Part shown: in pieces, positions 19,865 to 30,110 of the stretch
Numbering within the stretch: the first letter of the stretch is position 1
Layout of the letters: each line of letters begins with the position of its first letter
Source: a bacterium
GTDB lineage: Bacteria > Verrucomicrobiota > Kiritimatiellia > CAIVKH01
DNA: 64,000 nucleotides
NCBI GenBank assembly: GCA_043802525.1
Contig: JAZDKY010000075.1
Location: 267 to 64,266, forward strand
Direction: 5' to 3'
Program-made: the position numbers and the translations under genes
The notes under the pieces: generated by a model
The model's input: the letters and a program-made list of their open reading frames with translations, nothing else
What the model was told of the DNA's origin: nothing
Database searches by the model: none

Positions 19865-21113
19865 GCCCGTGTCGCACCTCCATCAGAAGGCCCAGCATTT
19901 CCTCCGCGTGTTGATCCATACTTTTCATGGGAACCGGCGCGGGGTCAAGCGTGCCGACGCGTGGAACGGCATCGCGCAAGGCGGAGGTCCACGCCGGAAC
20001 ATCGCCCGCAGGCGCCAGCCAGCCGGTCTGGTAGCCGCGCAGCATCACCGGGAGCGACCCGAGGTTGCTGGCCAGGATGGGCAACCCGATGTGCAGAGCC
20101 GCCTTCATAACCAGGGGTTCGTTTTCGAACCACAGGGCGGGCACAGCCAGAAGGTCGGCTTCATCGAGCACCGTCGCCGTGCGCTCGGGCGGGAACGCGC
20201 CGCGGAAGTGGATCCGCGGATCGCCGGAGGCAAGCACCTTGAGGCTTTGCGTGTACTCGTCTTTTCCGTCCGCGGCTCCGTGAATCAGGCATTCGATGTC
20301 CAGTTCGGGCGCGCGAAGGACCGCTTCGACGAGGACATGCGGACCTTTGTGCCGCGCGAGACTCCCGATGAACGCGACGCGGACGGGCCTGGCGGCCCGT
20401 CGCGCGCGGGTCATGAGGCCGGTTGTGTCGAGACCGTGCGGGATCACCTCGATCCGCCCCGGCGGATACCCGTGTTCGACGAACCGCTGTTTCTGAAACC
20501 CGCACAGCGCGATGATGCGGCTGCAACGGAGCAGGGCGTCGCGCAGATAGGGATTCCGGGCACGGATAGCCGGGGCGTCCTGGTCCGTGGAAAACCCGTG
20601 TGTGGCCTTCAGGCAGGGCGCGCAGTACAGGTCGTGTTCCGGGCCGCGGCAGAGTGAGCCATCCCACTTCAGGAGCGTGTGGCGCGGGCAGATGTACCAA
20701 AAGTCGCAGAGCGTCGCTACCACAGGCGCTCCGGCCGCGTGGCAGGCGTCCAGCGCCGAGCCGGAGAGTTTCATGGTGTGCACGGCGTGGACCACATCGG
20801 GCCCGAACGAGGCAATCTCGCGCCGGATCGCATCGCCCAGGAAGGCATTATCGAATTCAAACCGGGCCGGATCGGGTGCGACGCTGAGGTTGTAGTGCAG
20901 TTCCGTCACGGGAATGCCGTCGACCTCGATCTCGCGCGGGCCGAACGCATCCGGGTCGCCGGACGGCGACTCGACCGCGGTGACAATGCGGAGCTCGTGC
21001 CCGCGCGAACGGGCCCGCGTCGCGACGCCGCGCACATACATTTCCGTTCCGCCCACGTGCCGGGGGAAATACTGATGTGTCAGGTAGAGAATCTTCACGA
21101 AGTGGACCCCCAT
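19821..21113 (-). CDS. GT4-family glycosyltransferase
   Basis: Start at MGVHFVKILYLTHQYFPRHVGGTEMYV. C-terminal GT-B motifs ENEPLVMKAALHIGLPILASNLGS. The ORF upstream of 21113 overlaps blaI on the other strand and was trimmed. Confidence 0.7.
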   Translation of the reverse strand: MGVHFVKILYLTHQYFPRHVGGTEMYVRGVATRARSRGHELRIVTAVESPSGDPDAFGPREIEVDGIPVTELHYNLSVAPDPARFEFDNAFLGDAIRREIASFGPDVVHAVHTMKLSGSALDACHAAGAPVVATLCDFWYICPRHTLLKWDGSLCRGPEHDLYCAPCLKATHGFSTDQDAPAIRARNPYLRDALLRCSRIIALCGFQKQRFVEHGYPPGRIEVIPHGLDTTGLMTRARRAARPVRVAFIGSLARHKGPHVLVEAVLRAPELDIECLIHGAADGKDEYTQSLKVLASGDPRIHFRGAFPPERTATVLDEADLLAVPALWFENEPLVMKAALHIGLPILASNLGSLPVMLRGYQTGWLAPAGDVPAWTSALRDAVPRVGTLDPAPVPMKSMDQHAEEMLGLLMEVRHGHDTNDTPDRSPRHG

Positions 21114-21246
21114 GAACCCTAATCCCCGCGAACCCGACGCACGAAGAAAATATTTGTATCCATTCGCCTGGCCGTAGATCACGGGCCTCCGGCGCCACCC
21201 AGCGTCGGTAAATGTGCGCTTCGGAAAAAAATCATTTTCCGCCTTG

Positions 21247-21282
21247 ACTACATGCGTAGTCCGGATTACAGTTGTAATCATC
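21247..21282. promoter_or_regulatory. Two BlaI/MecI-type operator palindromes in the blaI-GT4 divergent promoter
   Basis: GACTACATGCGTAGTC and GATTACAGTTGTAATC carry the TACA/TGTA half-site arrangement seen in BlaI/MecI boxes. They lie 20-50 nt upstream of the blaI RBS. Confidence 0.5.
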
Positions 21283-21299
21283 ATAACGGAGGGCGTGCC

Positions 21300-21674
21300 A
21301 TGAGTGGTGTTCCGAAAATTTCCGAAGCCGAGTGGGAAGTGATGAAAGTGATCTGGGAGAAGAGCCCTGTCACGGCGCAGGACGTGATCGGGAAGCTCGG
21401 CGACCGGATGGAGTGGAGCCCGCGCACGATCAAGACGCTGCTGGGGCGGCTGGTGAAGAAGGGCGCCCTGAAGTTCGAGGCGCAGGGCAAGTCGTACCTG
21501 TACCGGCCCGGCGTGGCGATGGACAAGTGTGTGAAGGTGGAAAGCGAATCGTTCGTCGACCGCGTCTTCGGCGGCGCCGCCGCGCCGATGCTCGTCCATT
21601 TTGTGAAGAACGCGAAGCTCAGTCCCGGGGACATCCGCGAACTCCGGAAAATCCTGGAGGAGAAGAAACAATGA
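21300..21674 (+). CDS. blaI: BlaI/MecI/CopY-family transcriptional repressor
   Basis: ISEAEWEVMKVIWEKSPVTAQDVIGKL...WSPRTIKTLLGRLVKKGAL is a penicillinase-repressor winged helix. The ATGA overlap with the next gene indicates an operon. Confidence 0.8.
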   Translation: MSGVPKISEAEWEVMKVIWEKSPVTAQDVIGKLGDRMEWSPRTIKTLLGRLVKKGALKFEAQGKSYLYRPGVAMDKCVKVESESFVDRVFGGAAAPMLVHFVKNAKLSPGDIRELRKILEEKKQ

Positions 21675-23560
21675 ACACCGCGAACGCATGCTGGCACTGG
21701 CTCCTGCAGACGTCGTGGCAGGCATCGATCCTGGTGCTCCTCGTCATGGCGATCCAGCTACTACTCCGCACGAGACTCGCGCCGCGGTGGCGCTACGCGC
21801 TCTGGCTGCTGGTTGTCGCGCGACTTGTCATGCCCGCGACGCCCGCGAGTCCCTTGAGCGTGTTCAATTTCACCCGGCATGTTCTGCCCGCGTCCGCCGG
21901 GGGCATCGGCGAAGTATCGTCTGGAATGACGATCGTCAATCCGAACGATAAGTACCTTGAGGCGGCTCCGGCGAAGGAGACTGCGGGTCGGCAGCGTTCT
22001 GTCTCGTGGCACGACGGTCTGATGGTTTTATGGGCGGCGATTGCATGCGTGTTGTTTGCCCGCATGGCGTTCGGGAACTATCGGCTCTCGTCGCGCGTCT
22101 GCAAGCAGCGTCCGGTGACGAAGCAGGCGGTGTTGGACATCCTGGAGGACTGCAAACAGGAACTTCATGTGCACATACCGATCAATGTCGTGGAGTCCTC
22201 GGACGTGCAGAGCCCCGCGCTGCTCGGCTTCATCCGTCCGCGCCTGCTCCTGCCGGAGCGGATGATTCAGAACTTTGACGCGGCCGAGTTGCGCCTCGTG
22301 TTCTTGCACGAGCTGGCGCACCTGAAGCGGCACGACATCGTCTTCAACTGGCTGATCAGCGCGCTGCAGGTCCTGCACTGGTTCAATCCGCTGATCGCGC
22401 TCGCGTTCTACCGCATGCGCGTCGACCGCGAACTGGCGTGTGATTCGCTGGTGCTCTCGTTCGGCCGCGAGCAGGAGAGCCGGCGGTACGGCCAGACGAT
22501 GATCAAGCTGCTCGAATTTTCCTCAGCGCCGAAACTCGTTCCCGGGGTTGTGGGGATACTGGAGGACAGGAACGAACTCAAAGGGAGAATGACCATGATC
22601 GCTGCACATACCAAACACACGTACCAGTTTTCCGGCCTGGCCGCCGGCTTGATCCTGATACTGGGCATGACCACACTCACGGGCGCGAACGAAAAAACGC
22701 AGGCGCCGTCAGGCGTTTCGCTCGAGAACGCAAAGCCGCACTTGAATCTCGATTTCGAACTCGGTCCGCGTACCGGCACCACGTATCCCTCCGCATGGGG
22801 CGGAGGCGGCGAAGGCTATGAATTCACTGCGGATGGCGAGACGCGTCACACCGGCGGCTGGGCCGGACGCATCCATAATACTCGACCGAGTCCGGAAGGA
22901 TTCGGATCGCTGACCGCGACGCTCGCGCCGGAGACGCTGGCCGGGAAGCGCGTTCGGTTCAGCGGCTATCTGAAGCTGGCCGAGGTGACCGGGTATGTGG
23001 CGCTGTGGATCCGGGCGGACAAGCAACAGAAGCCGGTCGCCTTTCAGACGCTCCAGGGCAAAAACGTTCATGGTACCCGTGACTGGGCGGCATATACGGT
23101 CGAAGTGGAATTTCCCGCCGATATCGACAACATCAACTTCGGTGTACTGCTCGCCGGCGGCGGCACCTTGTGGGCGGACGATCTGGAGATTGAAATCGTC
23201 GGCGGCACGGTGTTCGACGCGCAGCCCGCGCAGGAGGCGCTGACCCGGTGGCTAGGCCTCGTCGACGGGGAGCGGTATGAGGAAAGCTGGGACGACGCGT
23301 CTGTCGCGTTCCGGGCCGCCGTGACGAGCGACGACTGGGTCAGGATGGTGGGCACGGTCAGGCGTCCCCTCGGCAAGGTGATCTCACGCACCATCGCCTC
23401 GTCGATACACCAGACCAACCTGCCCGGCGCACCGGACGGAGACTACGTGATCTTTCAGACCGAAACGTCCTTTGAGAAGAAGAAATCCGCGGTCGAGACC
23501 GTCACCATGATGAAGCAGGACGACGGAAGCTGGCGGGGAGCGGGCTATTTCATCCGCTGA
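21671..23560 (+). CDS. BlaR1-like M56 peptidase signal transducer with a non-PBP C-terminal sensor (DUF4019-like)
   Basis: M56 motif FLHELAHLKRHD. TM helices. The C-terminal 120 aa (EESWDDASVAFRAAVTSDDWVRMVGT...DGSWRGAGYFIR) show no penicillin-binding motifs (no SxxK). Confidence 0.7.
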   Translation: MNTANACWHWLLQTSWQASILVLLVMAIQLLLRTRLAPRWRYALWLLVVARLVMPATPASPLSVFNFTRHVLPASAGGIGEVSSGMTIVNPNDKYLEAAPAKETAGRQRSVSWHDGLMVLWAAIACVLFARMAFGNYRLSSRVCKQRPVTKQAVLDILEDCKQELHVHIPINVVESSDVQSPALLGFIRPRLLLPERMIQNFDAAELRLVFLHELAHLKRHDIVFNWLISALQVLHWFNPLIALAFYRMRVDRELACDSLVLSFGREQESRRYGQTMIKLLEFSSAPKLVPGVVGILEDRNELKGRMTMIAAHTKHTYQFSGLAAGLILILGMTTLTGANEKTQAPSGVSLENAKPHLNLDFELGPRTGTTYPSAWGGGGEGYEFTADGETRHTGGWAGRIHNTRPSPEGFGSLTATLAPETLAGKRVRFSGYLKLAEVTGYVALWIRADKQQKPVAFQTLQGKNVHGTRDWAAYTVEVEFPADIDNINFGVLLAGGGTLWADDLEIEIVGGTVFDAQPAQEALTRWLGLVDGERYEESWDDASVAFRAAVTSDDWVRMVGTVRRPLGKVISRTIASSIHQTNLPGAPDGDYVIFQTETSFEKKKSAVETVTMMKQDDGSWRGAGYFIR

Positions 23561-23622
23561 GGCCGCATGCCGTAAAGGAACAGCTATATGAGATCTGTTG
23601 GGCAACACATGGAGATGAAATC

Positions 23623-23958
23623 ATGACAACCGGTGAAATGATGGGCTGGGCTGGAGGGATCATCGGAACCATCGGTGGGATTGCAGGCGGAGTCATCGGG
23701 TCGTACTTCAGCATAAAGAACACAAATGGTCCTGCTGAAAAACGGTTCATGATCCATTGTGCAGTGGGCTTTTCGATCTTTGTGATCTCCTTCCTGATCA
23801 TTCTGTTTCTAACACCCATGAAATATTGGTGGATAGCGTGGATCCCCTATGTCCCCATCTTATGGATACTGATCAGCAAACTTAACGCGAAGCAAGAGCA
23901 GATCAGAAAAGCAGAAAAAGATGCCCAGCGGCTTGAGGCTACGCGATCAAGCCACTGA
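23623..23958 (+). CDS. Small membrane protein, unknown function (Gly-zipper N-terminus)
   Basis: MGWAGGIIGTIGGIAGGVIGSYF plus two TM helices. Region is about 47% GC against about 65% in the flanks. Confidence 0.4.
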   Translation: MTTGEMMGWAGGIIGTIGGIAGGVIGSYFSIKNTNGPAEKRFMIHCAVGFSIFVISFLIILFLTPMKYWWIAWIPYVPILWILISKLNAKQEQIRKAEKDAQRLEATRSSH

Positions 23959-24017
23959 AGTTGGAATGACTCCGGGGCCGCGAGCCTTGGCCGCAACGTT
24001 CGCGAAGGAAAAGACCA

Positions 24018-24554
24018 ATGCGCGCGCTCTTCATTTTGACGTTCATGGCCAACGTGGTGGTGACGCTGATCTCGCTCGCCGTGTTGCCCTCACGTGTTGC
24101 CATCCATTATGGCGCCGACGGGATGGCAAACGGATGGGCACCCAACTATGTCAACGCGCTCCTCATGACAGGCACGCACGTTCTTCTGTTTTGTTCCCTT
24201 TACTTTAGTCATCGCCTCATCCTTTTGTTTCCGCCCAAGTGGATCAATCTTCCGAATAAGGAGTACTGGCTGAAGCCGGAGCATCGAACCCGAACCATGG
24301 AGAAGATACAGGGGTTTATGTGGCGCTTCGGCGGCGCAGTGTTCCTGTTCTTTCTCGTCTTGGGCCTGCTCTCGCTCCAAGCCAACTTGGCGAAGATCGT
24401 CAGACTGAATCAGCGGGTTCTGTTGCCTGCAACGGGAGCCTTCCTCGCCTACACCATCTGGTGGACGATTGTCTTCTTTCGGGCATTCCGGGTACTCCTG
24501 CCGGAAGTTGATGGGAACCAGCAAATGCACGGTACGGCGTCCCGCCGCCGGTGA
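24018..24554 (+). CDS. DUF1648-domain membrane protein
   Basis: VAIHYGADGMANGWAPNY resembles the DUF1648 (SdpI-related) N-terminal motif. Four TM segments. Low-GC patch. Confidence 0.45.
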   Translation: MRALFILTFMANVVVTLISLAVLPSRVAIHYGADGMANGWAPNYVNALLMTGTHVLLFCSLYFSHRLILLFPPKWINLPNKEYWLKPEHRTRTMEKIQGFMWRFGGAVFLFFLVLGLLSLQANLAKIVRLNQRVLLPATGAFLAYTIWWTIVFFRAFRVLLPEVDGNQQMHGTASRRR

Positions 24555-24587
24555 TTTGCGTCGTTGGGCGAGAAAGGATGATGGAAT

Positions 24588-24893
24588 ATGAACACGGTGA
24601 TCTTCGTGGTGCTCTTCGTTCTGGTGCTTATCGCGATCGTTGTACTCGCCTCGGCCTGGGAAAAGCGGCGGTCGGCGGACATCGTGCGCCGTTGGGCGGA
24701 ACAAAACGGTTTCACCATAATCGAATCTGATTTCAGAGCCCTCCTAAAGCGCGGACCGTTCTGGGCCAGCACATGGACCTATCAGGCCGTCAGACGGGTT
24801 ACCGTAACAGGCAAGGACGGCAAGCAGAAGACCGGATGGGTCAGATGCAACGTGTACTGGCCGACAGACAAGGTTGAAGTCCGATGGGATTGA
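24588..24893 (+). CDS. Small membrane-anchored protein, unknown function
   Basis: N-terminal TM helix VIFVVLFVLVLIAIVVLA. Low-GC patch. Confidence 0.35.
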   Translation: MNTVIFVVLFVLVLIAIVVLASAWEKRRSADIVRRWAEQNGFTIIESDFRALLKRGPFWASTWTYQAVRRVTVTGKDGKQKTGWVRCNVYWPTDKVEVRWD

Positions 24894-25048
24894 AAACGGC
24901 CCCATGAGGTGGAGTTCACATTTTGCCCGCAGCGGGCAATTGGAAAAATCGCCGAACAAAGTTCCAAGGATTGGACGTTTGAACCGCGGAGGACACGGAG
25001 CTTCGCGGAGGAACTACAAACACCTCCGCGTACCTCTGCGGTGAACCA

Positions 25049-25687
25049 TCAGACTTTGAAGGCCGACGGGCAGAGGTCGTTCACGGAGCAGCCGGCGCAG
25101 TTCGGTTTACGGGCGAAACAGCAGCGGCGGCCGTGCCAGACGATGCTGTGCGACCAGGTGGTCCAGTCCTTCTCGGGCACAATCTCCCGAAGATCGAATT
25201 CGATTTTCACCGCATCGGTGTGTTTTGTGAAGCCGAGCCGGCCGGCGAGGCGTGTCATGTGCGTGTCGACGACGATGCCGGGCCGGTTGAACCCCGAGGC
25301 CATGAGCAGGTTCGCGGTCTTGCGGCCGATGCCGGGCAGCTCGCACAACGCGTCGAAATCGTCCGGGACCTTGCCGCCGAACTTCTCGTCCAGCACCGCA
25401 CACAGGGCGCGGATGTTCTTCGCCTTGTTGCGGAAAAAGCCGGTGGAGCGGATCTCGTTTTCCAGCGTCGCCTGGTCGGTCCCGGCCCAGGCTTTCGCGG
25501 TCCGGTACTTCTTGAACAGCGCGGGCGTGACCATGTTCACCCGCTTGTCGGTGCACTGCGCCGAAAGAATAGCCCCGATCGCCAGCTCGAGTACGTTGGA
25601 ATAGTCGAGCTCGCAGCGGGCGTCGGGGTAGGTCTTCTTGAGGCGCTTCAGGATTTCCAAGGCGCGTTTCTTGAGATCTCCGGCCAT
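25049..25687 (-). CDS. nth: Endonuclease III
   Basis: HhH-GPD LPGIGRKTANLLM, catalytic K, and the C-terminal 4Fe-4S cluster CCFARKPNCAGCSVNDLC. Confidence 0.9.
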   Translation of the reverse strand: MAGDLKKRALEILKRLKKTYPDARCELDYSNVLELAIGAILSAQCTDKRVNMVTPALFKKYRTAKAWAGTDQATLENEIRSTGFFRNKAKNIRALCAVLDEKFGGKVPDDFDALCELPGIGRKTANLLMASGFNRPGIVVDTHMTRLAGRLGFTKHTDAVKIEFDLREIVPEKDWTTWSHSIVWHGRRCCFARKPNCAGCSVNDLCPSAFKV

Positions 25688-25757
25688 TGAGGTTTCAGGT
25701 GTCAGGTTTCAGGTGTCAGGGCAGCGTTTGCTGACACCTGACACCCGACACCTTCTT

Positions 25758-27884
25758 CTACTTCTGCTCCGCGGGCGCAGCAGCAGCGGCCTGCTGGTCC
25801 ATCTCCTCCATCGCCGCGCGGCGGCTGAGGCGGACGCGGCCGGTGTCGTCAACGTTGATGCACTTGACCCACATCACGTCGCCCATCTTGCAGATGTCGC
25901 TGACGGCCTTCACGCGGAAGTTCGCCATTTCGCTGATGTGGACGAGGCCTTCCTTGCCGGGCAGGATTTCGACGAACGCGCCGAACTCCTTGATGCTCGT
26001 CACGGTGCCCTGGTAGAGCTTGCCGACTTCGGCATCCGCGGCGACGAGGTTGACCTCGCGCACGGCGGCGTCCATCGCCTTCGCGTCGACCGCGAAGATC
26101 TTGACGGTGCCGTCGTCCTCGATGTCGATCTGGGCGCCGGTCGCGTCGGTGATGCGGCGGATGTTCTTGCCGCCCGGGCCGATGAGGGCGCCGATCTTCT
26201 CCGGGTTGATGTGGACGACCGTGATACGCGGGGCATACGGGGACAGCTCGGCGCGGGGTTCCGCGATGGTCTTCGCCATGAAGTCCAGGATGTTGAGCCG
26301 CGTCTTGCGCGCCTTTTCAAAGGCGCCTTCGACGAGGTCCCAGCGCAGGCCGCGAGTTTTCAGGTCGACCTGGAAACCCGTGATGCCGTCGCGCGTGCCG
26401 GCGACCTTGAAGTCCATGTCGCCGCAGTGATCTTCCGCGCCGAGGATGTCGACGACCAGTTCCGCCTTCTGGGCGTTGCTGAACAGGCCGATCGAGATGC
26501 CCGCGACGGGTTTGGTGATCGGGATACCCGCGTCCATCAGCGCCAGCGTGCCGGCGCAGATCGAGGCCATCGAGGAGGAGCCGTTGGACTCCATGATTTC
26601 GGAGACCAGGCGGACCGAGTACGGGTAGTCCTTCGGGATGACCGGGAGGAGCGAGCGTTCGGCCAGGTTGCCGTGGCCGATTTCGCGGCGGCTGGTCGAG
26701 CCGAGGCGGCCGGCTTCACCGACGCTGTACGGCGGGAAGTTGTAGTGCAGGAGGAAGTTCTTTTCCTTCGGGCCGCCCGCGATCGCGTCCAGGTCCTGGA
26801 CGTCGTCGCTGGTGCCCAGCGTGACGATGGCCAGCGCCTGTGTCTCTCCGCGCTGGAACAGCGCCGAGCCGTGCGTACGCGGGAGCAGGCCGACCTGCGC
26901 GTCGAGAGCGCGGAGTTCGTCGAATCCGCGGCCGCCGATGCGGAACTGCTGTTCCAGCACGAGCTTGGTCGTCGATTCGATTTCGAGCTCGTCGAAGATC
27001 TGGAAGTATTGTTCCTCGGTCGTTTCTGGCAGCGCGGCGACCACCTTGGCCTGCAGCGCTTTCTTGAGCTCGGACACCTTGTCCTGGCGTTCGAGTTTGC
27101 CGTTGATCTTGAGCGCCTCGACGAAGTCGGCGCCGCCGAGTTCGCGGACCTTGTTGAGCAGGGCGTGGTCGACCGCGGCTTCCGCGACGACCTTGGCGTC
27201 CTTGCCCACGAGCTTGCGCAGTTCAACCTGCGCGTCGCACAGCGGGACAATGTGCTGGTGGGCGAACTTCATCGCCGCGACCATGTCCGCCTCGCTGATC
27301 TCGCGCGCATTACCTTCGATCATGATCGGCAGGTCGCGGGACCCGGCGTAGATCAGGTTCAGGTCGCTCTTCTCGAGATCCGCGTGTGTGGGGTTGATGA
27401 TGAACGTGCCGTCGACTCGGCCGACGCGGGCCGCCGCGATGGGGCCGTGGAACGGGATTTCAGAGAGCATCAGCGCCGCGCTGGCCGCCGTGATGCTCAG
27501 GATGTCGGAGTCGTTCTCGCCGTCCGCGCAGAGGAGCAAATTATTGATCTGCACGTCGTTGCGGTGGTTGGACGGGACGAACGGGCGCAGCGGGCGATCG
27601 GTGACGCGCGCGGTCAGGATTTCCTTTTCCGACGGACGCGCCTCGCGCTTGAAGTAGCCGCCGGGGAATCGGCCGGCCGCGTAGTATTTTTCGCGGTATT
27701 CGACCTGGAGCGGGAAGTAGTCGACGCCTACGCGCGGCTTTTTCGTGGTGGTGACGGCGGAGAAAACGATCGTTTCCCCGAGCTGGACGGTGACGGCGCC
27801 ATCGGCCTGTTTGGCGAGGAGCCCGGATTCGATCCGGATGACCTTGCCGCCGACGTTAACTTCTACGAATTTTGCGTTCTTCAT
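25758..27884 (-). CDS. pnp: Polynucleotide phosphorylase
   Basis: Start [21 protein letters not shown] with RBS AGGAAG. Two RNase PH domains, KH and S1 ([20 protein letters not shown]). Confidence 0.95.
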   Translation of the reverse strand: MKNAKFVEVNVGGKVIRIESGLLAKQADGAVTVQLGETIVFSAVTTTKKPRVGVDYFPLQVEYREKYYAAGRFPGGYFKREARPSEKEILTARVTDRPLRPFVPSNHRNDVQINNLLLCADGENDSDILSITAASAALMLSEIPFHGPIAAARVGRVDGTFIINPTHADLEKSDLNLIYAGSRDLPIMIEGNAREISEADMVAAMKFAHQHIVPLCDAQVELRKLVGKDAKVVAEAAVDHALLNKVRELGGADFVEALKINGKLERQDKVSELKKALQAKVVAALPETTEEQYFQIFDELEIESTTKLVLEQQFRIGGRGFDELRALDAQVGLLPRTHGSALFQRGETQALAIVTLGTSDDVQDLDAIAGGPKEKNFLLHYNFPPYSVGEAGRLGSTSRREIGHGNLAERSLLPVIPKDYPYSVRLVSEIMESNGSSSMASICAGTLALMDAGIPITKPVAGISIGLFSNAQKAELVVDILGAEDHCGDMDFKVAGTRDGITGFQVDLKTRGLRWDLVEGAFEKARKTRLNILDFMAKTIAEPRAELSPYAPRITVVHINPEKIGALIGPGGKNIRRITDATGAQIDIEDDGTVKIFAVDAKAMDAAVREVNLVAADAEVGKLYQGTVTSIKEFGAFVEILPGKEGLVHISEMANFRVKAVSDICKMGDVMWVKCINVDDTGRVRLSRRAAMEEMDQQAAAAAPAEQK

Positions 27885-28086
27885 ATGTCTTCCTGTGTTG
27901 CCCGGTTCGAGGTCACGCGGAGCGTGACCCTCCCGCCTTCGTTTCAATCGCGTCGCGCGCGATTTCAACTACGGCGTGGCTCGCCGTAGCTTGCCGAAGC
28001 GGAGGCGGCCGGAGGGACGCGCAAAGCGCGGCCGTTGCGTTGAAGAAAGACACTCCGAAAAATCGTGGCTGGCGGAGAGGGCAGGA

Positions 28087-28350
28087 CTACCGACGCAGGC
28101 CGAGGCGGTCGATGAGCTTGTGATAGCGCTCTTCGTCCGTCCGTCCGAGGTAATCGAGTAAGCGCCGGCGCTGGCTGACCATCACAATCAGGCCACGGCG
28201 AGAGCTATGATCCTTCATGTGACCCTGCAAATGCCCGGTCAGATCCTTGATGCGCTGGCTGAGAAGGGCTACCTGCACCTCGACAGAACCCGTGTCCTTG
28301 TCGTGCTGCGCGTATTCCTTCTTGATTGTCGCTTTGTCAGCGGTCTGCAT
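28087..28350 (-). CDS. rpsO: 30S ribosomal protein S15
   Basis: 87 aa, [34 protein letters not shown]. The rpsO-pnp operon order is conserved. Confidence 0.95.
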   Translation of the reverse strand: MQTADKATIKKEYAQHDKDTGSVEVQVALLSQRIKDLTGHLQGHMKDHSSRRGLIVMVSQRRRLLDYLGRTDEERYHKLIDRLGLRR

Positions 28351-28674
28351 ATCTCGTTCAAGCCTTTATCCCGGCTTGTCTTTCTTGCTTGTTCCTTTTG
28401 TTTATCGGGGGGCGTTTATAATGGTCAGACCAATCCATGTAAAGGAAGTTGTGCGAAAAAATATGTGCGCCGTTTCGCGCGGCGCGCAACGTGCCGTCCG
28501 TGAACTAGTTGCAACGCGTTGTAATCCACGCGATTTCATCGGGCAGCAACATGCGCTGGGTTACAAAGCCGAGGTTGAGAATGAGCATTTCGTCGTGCTG
28601 TCTTTTTTCAGCGGTCGGGGGTAGTGCTGTAAGCAGGTCAGACGAGTCAACAGACGAACAGACGGGGTGTTGTC

Positions 28675-29433
28675 ATGCCCGGTGAGAACAACGATTTTTC
28701 CAACACGATGCGGTTCGAGATCCCGCCGGAACTCCTGCGCGAACTGCAGCAGCAACCGAAGAGCAAGGCCACGGGTATCCACCAGCCTCCCAAGCCGACG
28801 CCCACGGCTGCGATTCGAATAGTCCGCAACAACAAGCCTGCTACGAAGTCGCTCTTCTCCCAGTTGCTGGAGAGCATCTATGACGGATGCCTGATTACCG
28901 ATCTCAAAGGGACCATTGTTGACGCCAACCCGCGCGTCCTGGGGTTCCTCAGGCAGACCCTGGAGGATGTGAAGGGACTGAGCGTGCCGCACCTGATTTC
29001 CGGCTCCGACGACAAGCTCGTTCCGTCCATTCGCGAAACCCTCGAGAGCGATCGCTTCGTCTTGTTCCAGGCGTACTGTACGCGGAGTGATCGATCGCTT
29101 TTCCCTGCCGAGATCTCGGTGAACATCCTGGACGGGGATGAGCGGCGTCTCTGCTTCTTTGTCCGCGACATCACCGAACGCAAGCGGGCGGAAGCGGAAC
29201 GCGAAAAGCTGATCCGTGAACTTCAACAGGCCATCTCCGAGGTCAAGACCCTGAGCGGACTGCTGCCCATCTGTGCCGCCTGCAAGCGTGTACGCGACGA
29301 TGGCGGGTATTGGAACCAGATCGAGACGTACATCAAGAGCCACTCAGGGGTGCAATTCAGCCACGGCCTGTGTCCGGAGTGCATCTCCAAGCTGTACCCG
29401 GACTATGAAGAAGATCCCCCTGCGAACACGTGA
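28675..29433 (+). CDS. PAS-domain protein with a conserved Cys-rich C-terminal motif
   Basis: PAS core plus the C-terminal LPICAACKRVRDDGGYWNQIETYIKSHSGVQFSHGLCPEC. Confidence 0.6.
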   Translation: MPGENNDFSNTMRFEIPPELLRELQQQPKSKATGIHQPPKPTPTAAIRIVRNNKPATKSLFSQLLESIYDGCLITDLKGTIVDANPRVLGFLRQTLEDVKGLSVPHLISGSDDKLVPSIRETLESDRFVLFQAYCTRSDRSLFPAEISVNILDGDERRLCFFVRDITERKRAEAEREKLIRELQQAISEVKTLSGLLPICAACKRVRDDGGYWNQIETYIKSHSGVQFSHGLCPECISKLYPDYEEDPPANT

Positions 29434-29789
29434 CGGGATTGTGCTGGTCGGGACGGCTGGCCTCCTTTGACAGGCTCAGGGCAGGCAGCCCCGCCCTTCG
29501 CCGTAACGATGCACTTGGAGAACCGTGAATTTCCGCCCGAGGCGGATCCGTCTTCGGCCATGCGCATCAACCTGACGCAGAAGCAGTTCATCTGTGAATC
29601 TCCTGATCCGGGACGAGCCGGGTTTTGGAGTGCGGCGGCTTGCCGCCGCTTTGTAAGCGTGCGGCATGACGCACGCTGAAGGGGCGCCGCTACCCACCTC
29701 CGCCAATCCGCCGGAGGCGGACAGGGGCTTGCCCGCCAACTGGCCATGTGCATCAACCTAAGGCGTATCCATGCCGTTGCAATAGCCAC

Positions 29790-29975
29790 GAAGACGCACC
29801 CGCCTTCGTCCCGCCTCGGAGGCGGGACTTCGGCGAGGCAGGCAAGAGGCACAAAGAAAGAAAATTGCGAAGCGACGCCATCGAGAAAGATATTCACCGA
29901 TCAGCGATCCAAACCCGGCGCGCCTGATTATCGATCCGCGACTTCTTCTTGTGCCTTTTCGTGCCTCTTCGTGGC
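29790..29975. repeat. MITE-like palindromic element (CCACGAAGA..GCAC termini; core palindrome CGCCTTCGTCCCGCCTCGGAGGCGGGACTTCGGCG); a homologous copy lies at 54355-54490
   Basis: The two copies share about 85% identity over termini and core. Both are intergenic. Confidence 0.6.
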
Positions 29976-30110
29976 CAATCCGTCTGCATCGTTACAGCCT
30001 AGGTTGATGCGTATGGCCAACTGGCGGGCTACGGTGGGCAGGCAAGCCACCGCACTGCAAAGCCAGCGCACGTTGCATGGGCGAAGGAGGGTCCAGTCGT
30101 GGTTGAAGTT

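Noticed and set aside
19821-21725. N-terminal 200 aa of the 634-aa GT4 ORF, and the N-terminal parts of ORFs 37429-39681 and 8926-10161
   Set aside because: The upstream portions overlap better-supported genes on the opposite strand (blaI, the ECF sigma gene, potD) and lack glycosyltransferase, OMP or ORF6N motifs. Starts were moved to internal Met codons with RBS.
28440-28480. Perfect palindrome CAACGCGTTG in the rpsO/PAS divergent region
   Set aside because: It is a single short 10-bp palindrome with no second half-site or recognisable operator family, which is insufficient to call a regulatory site.
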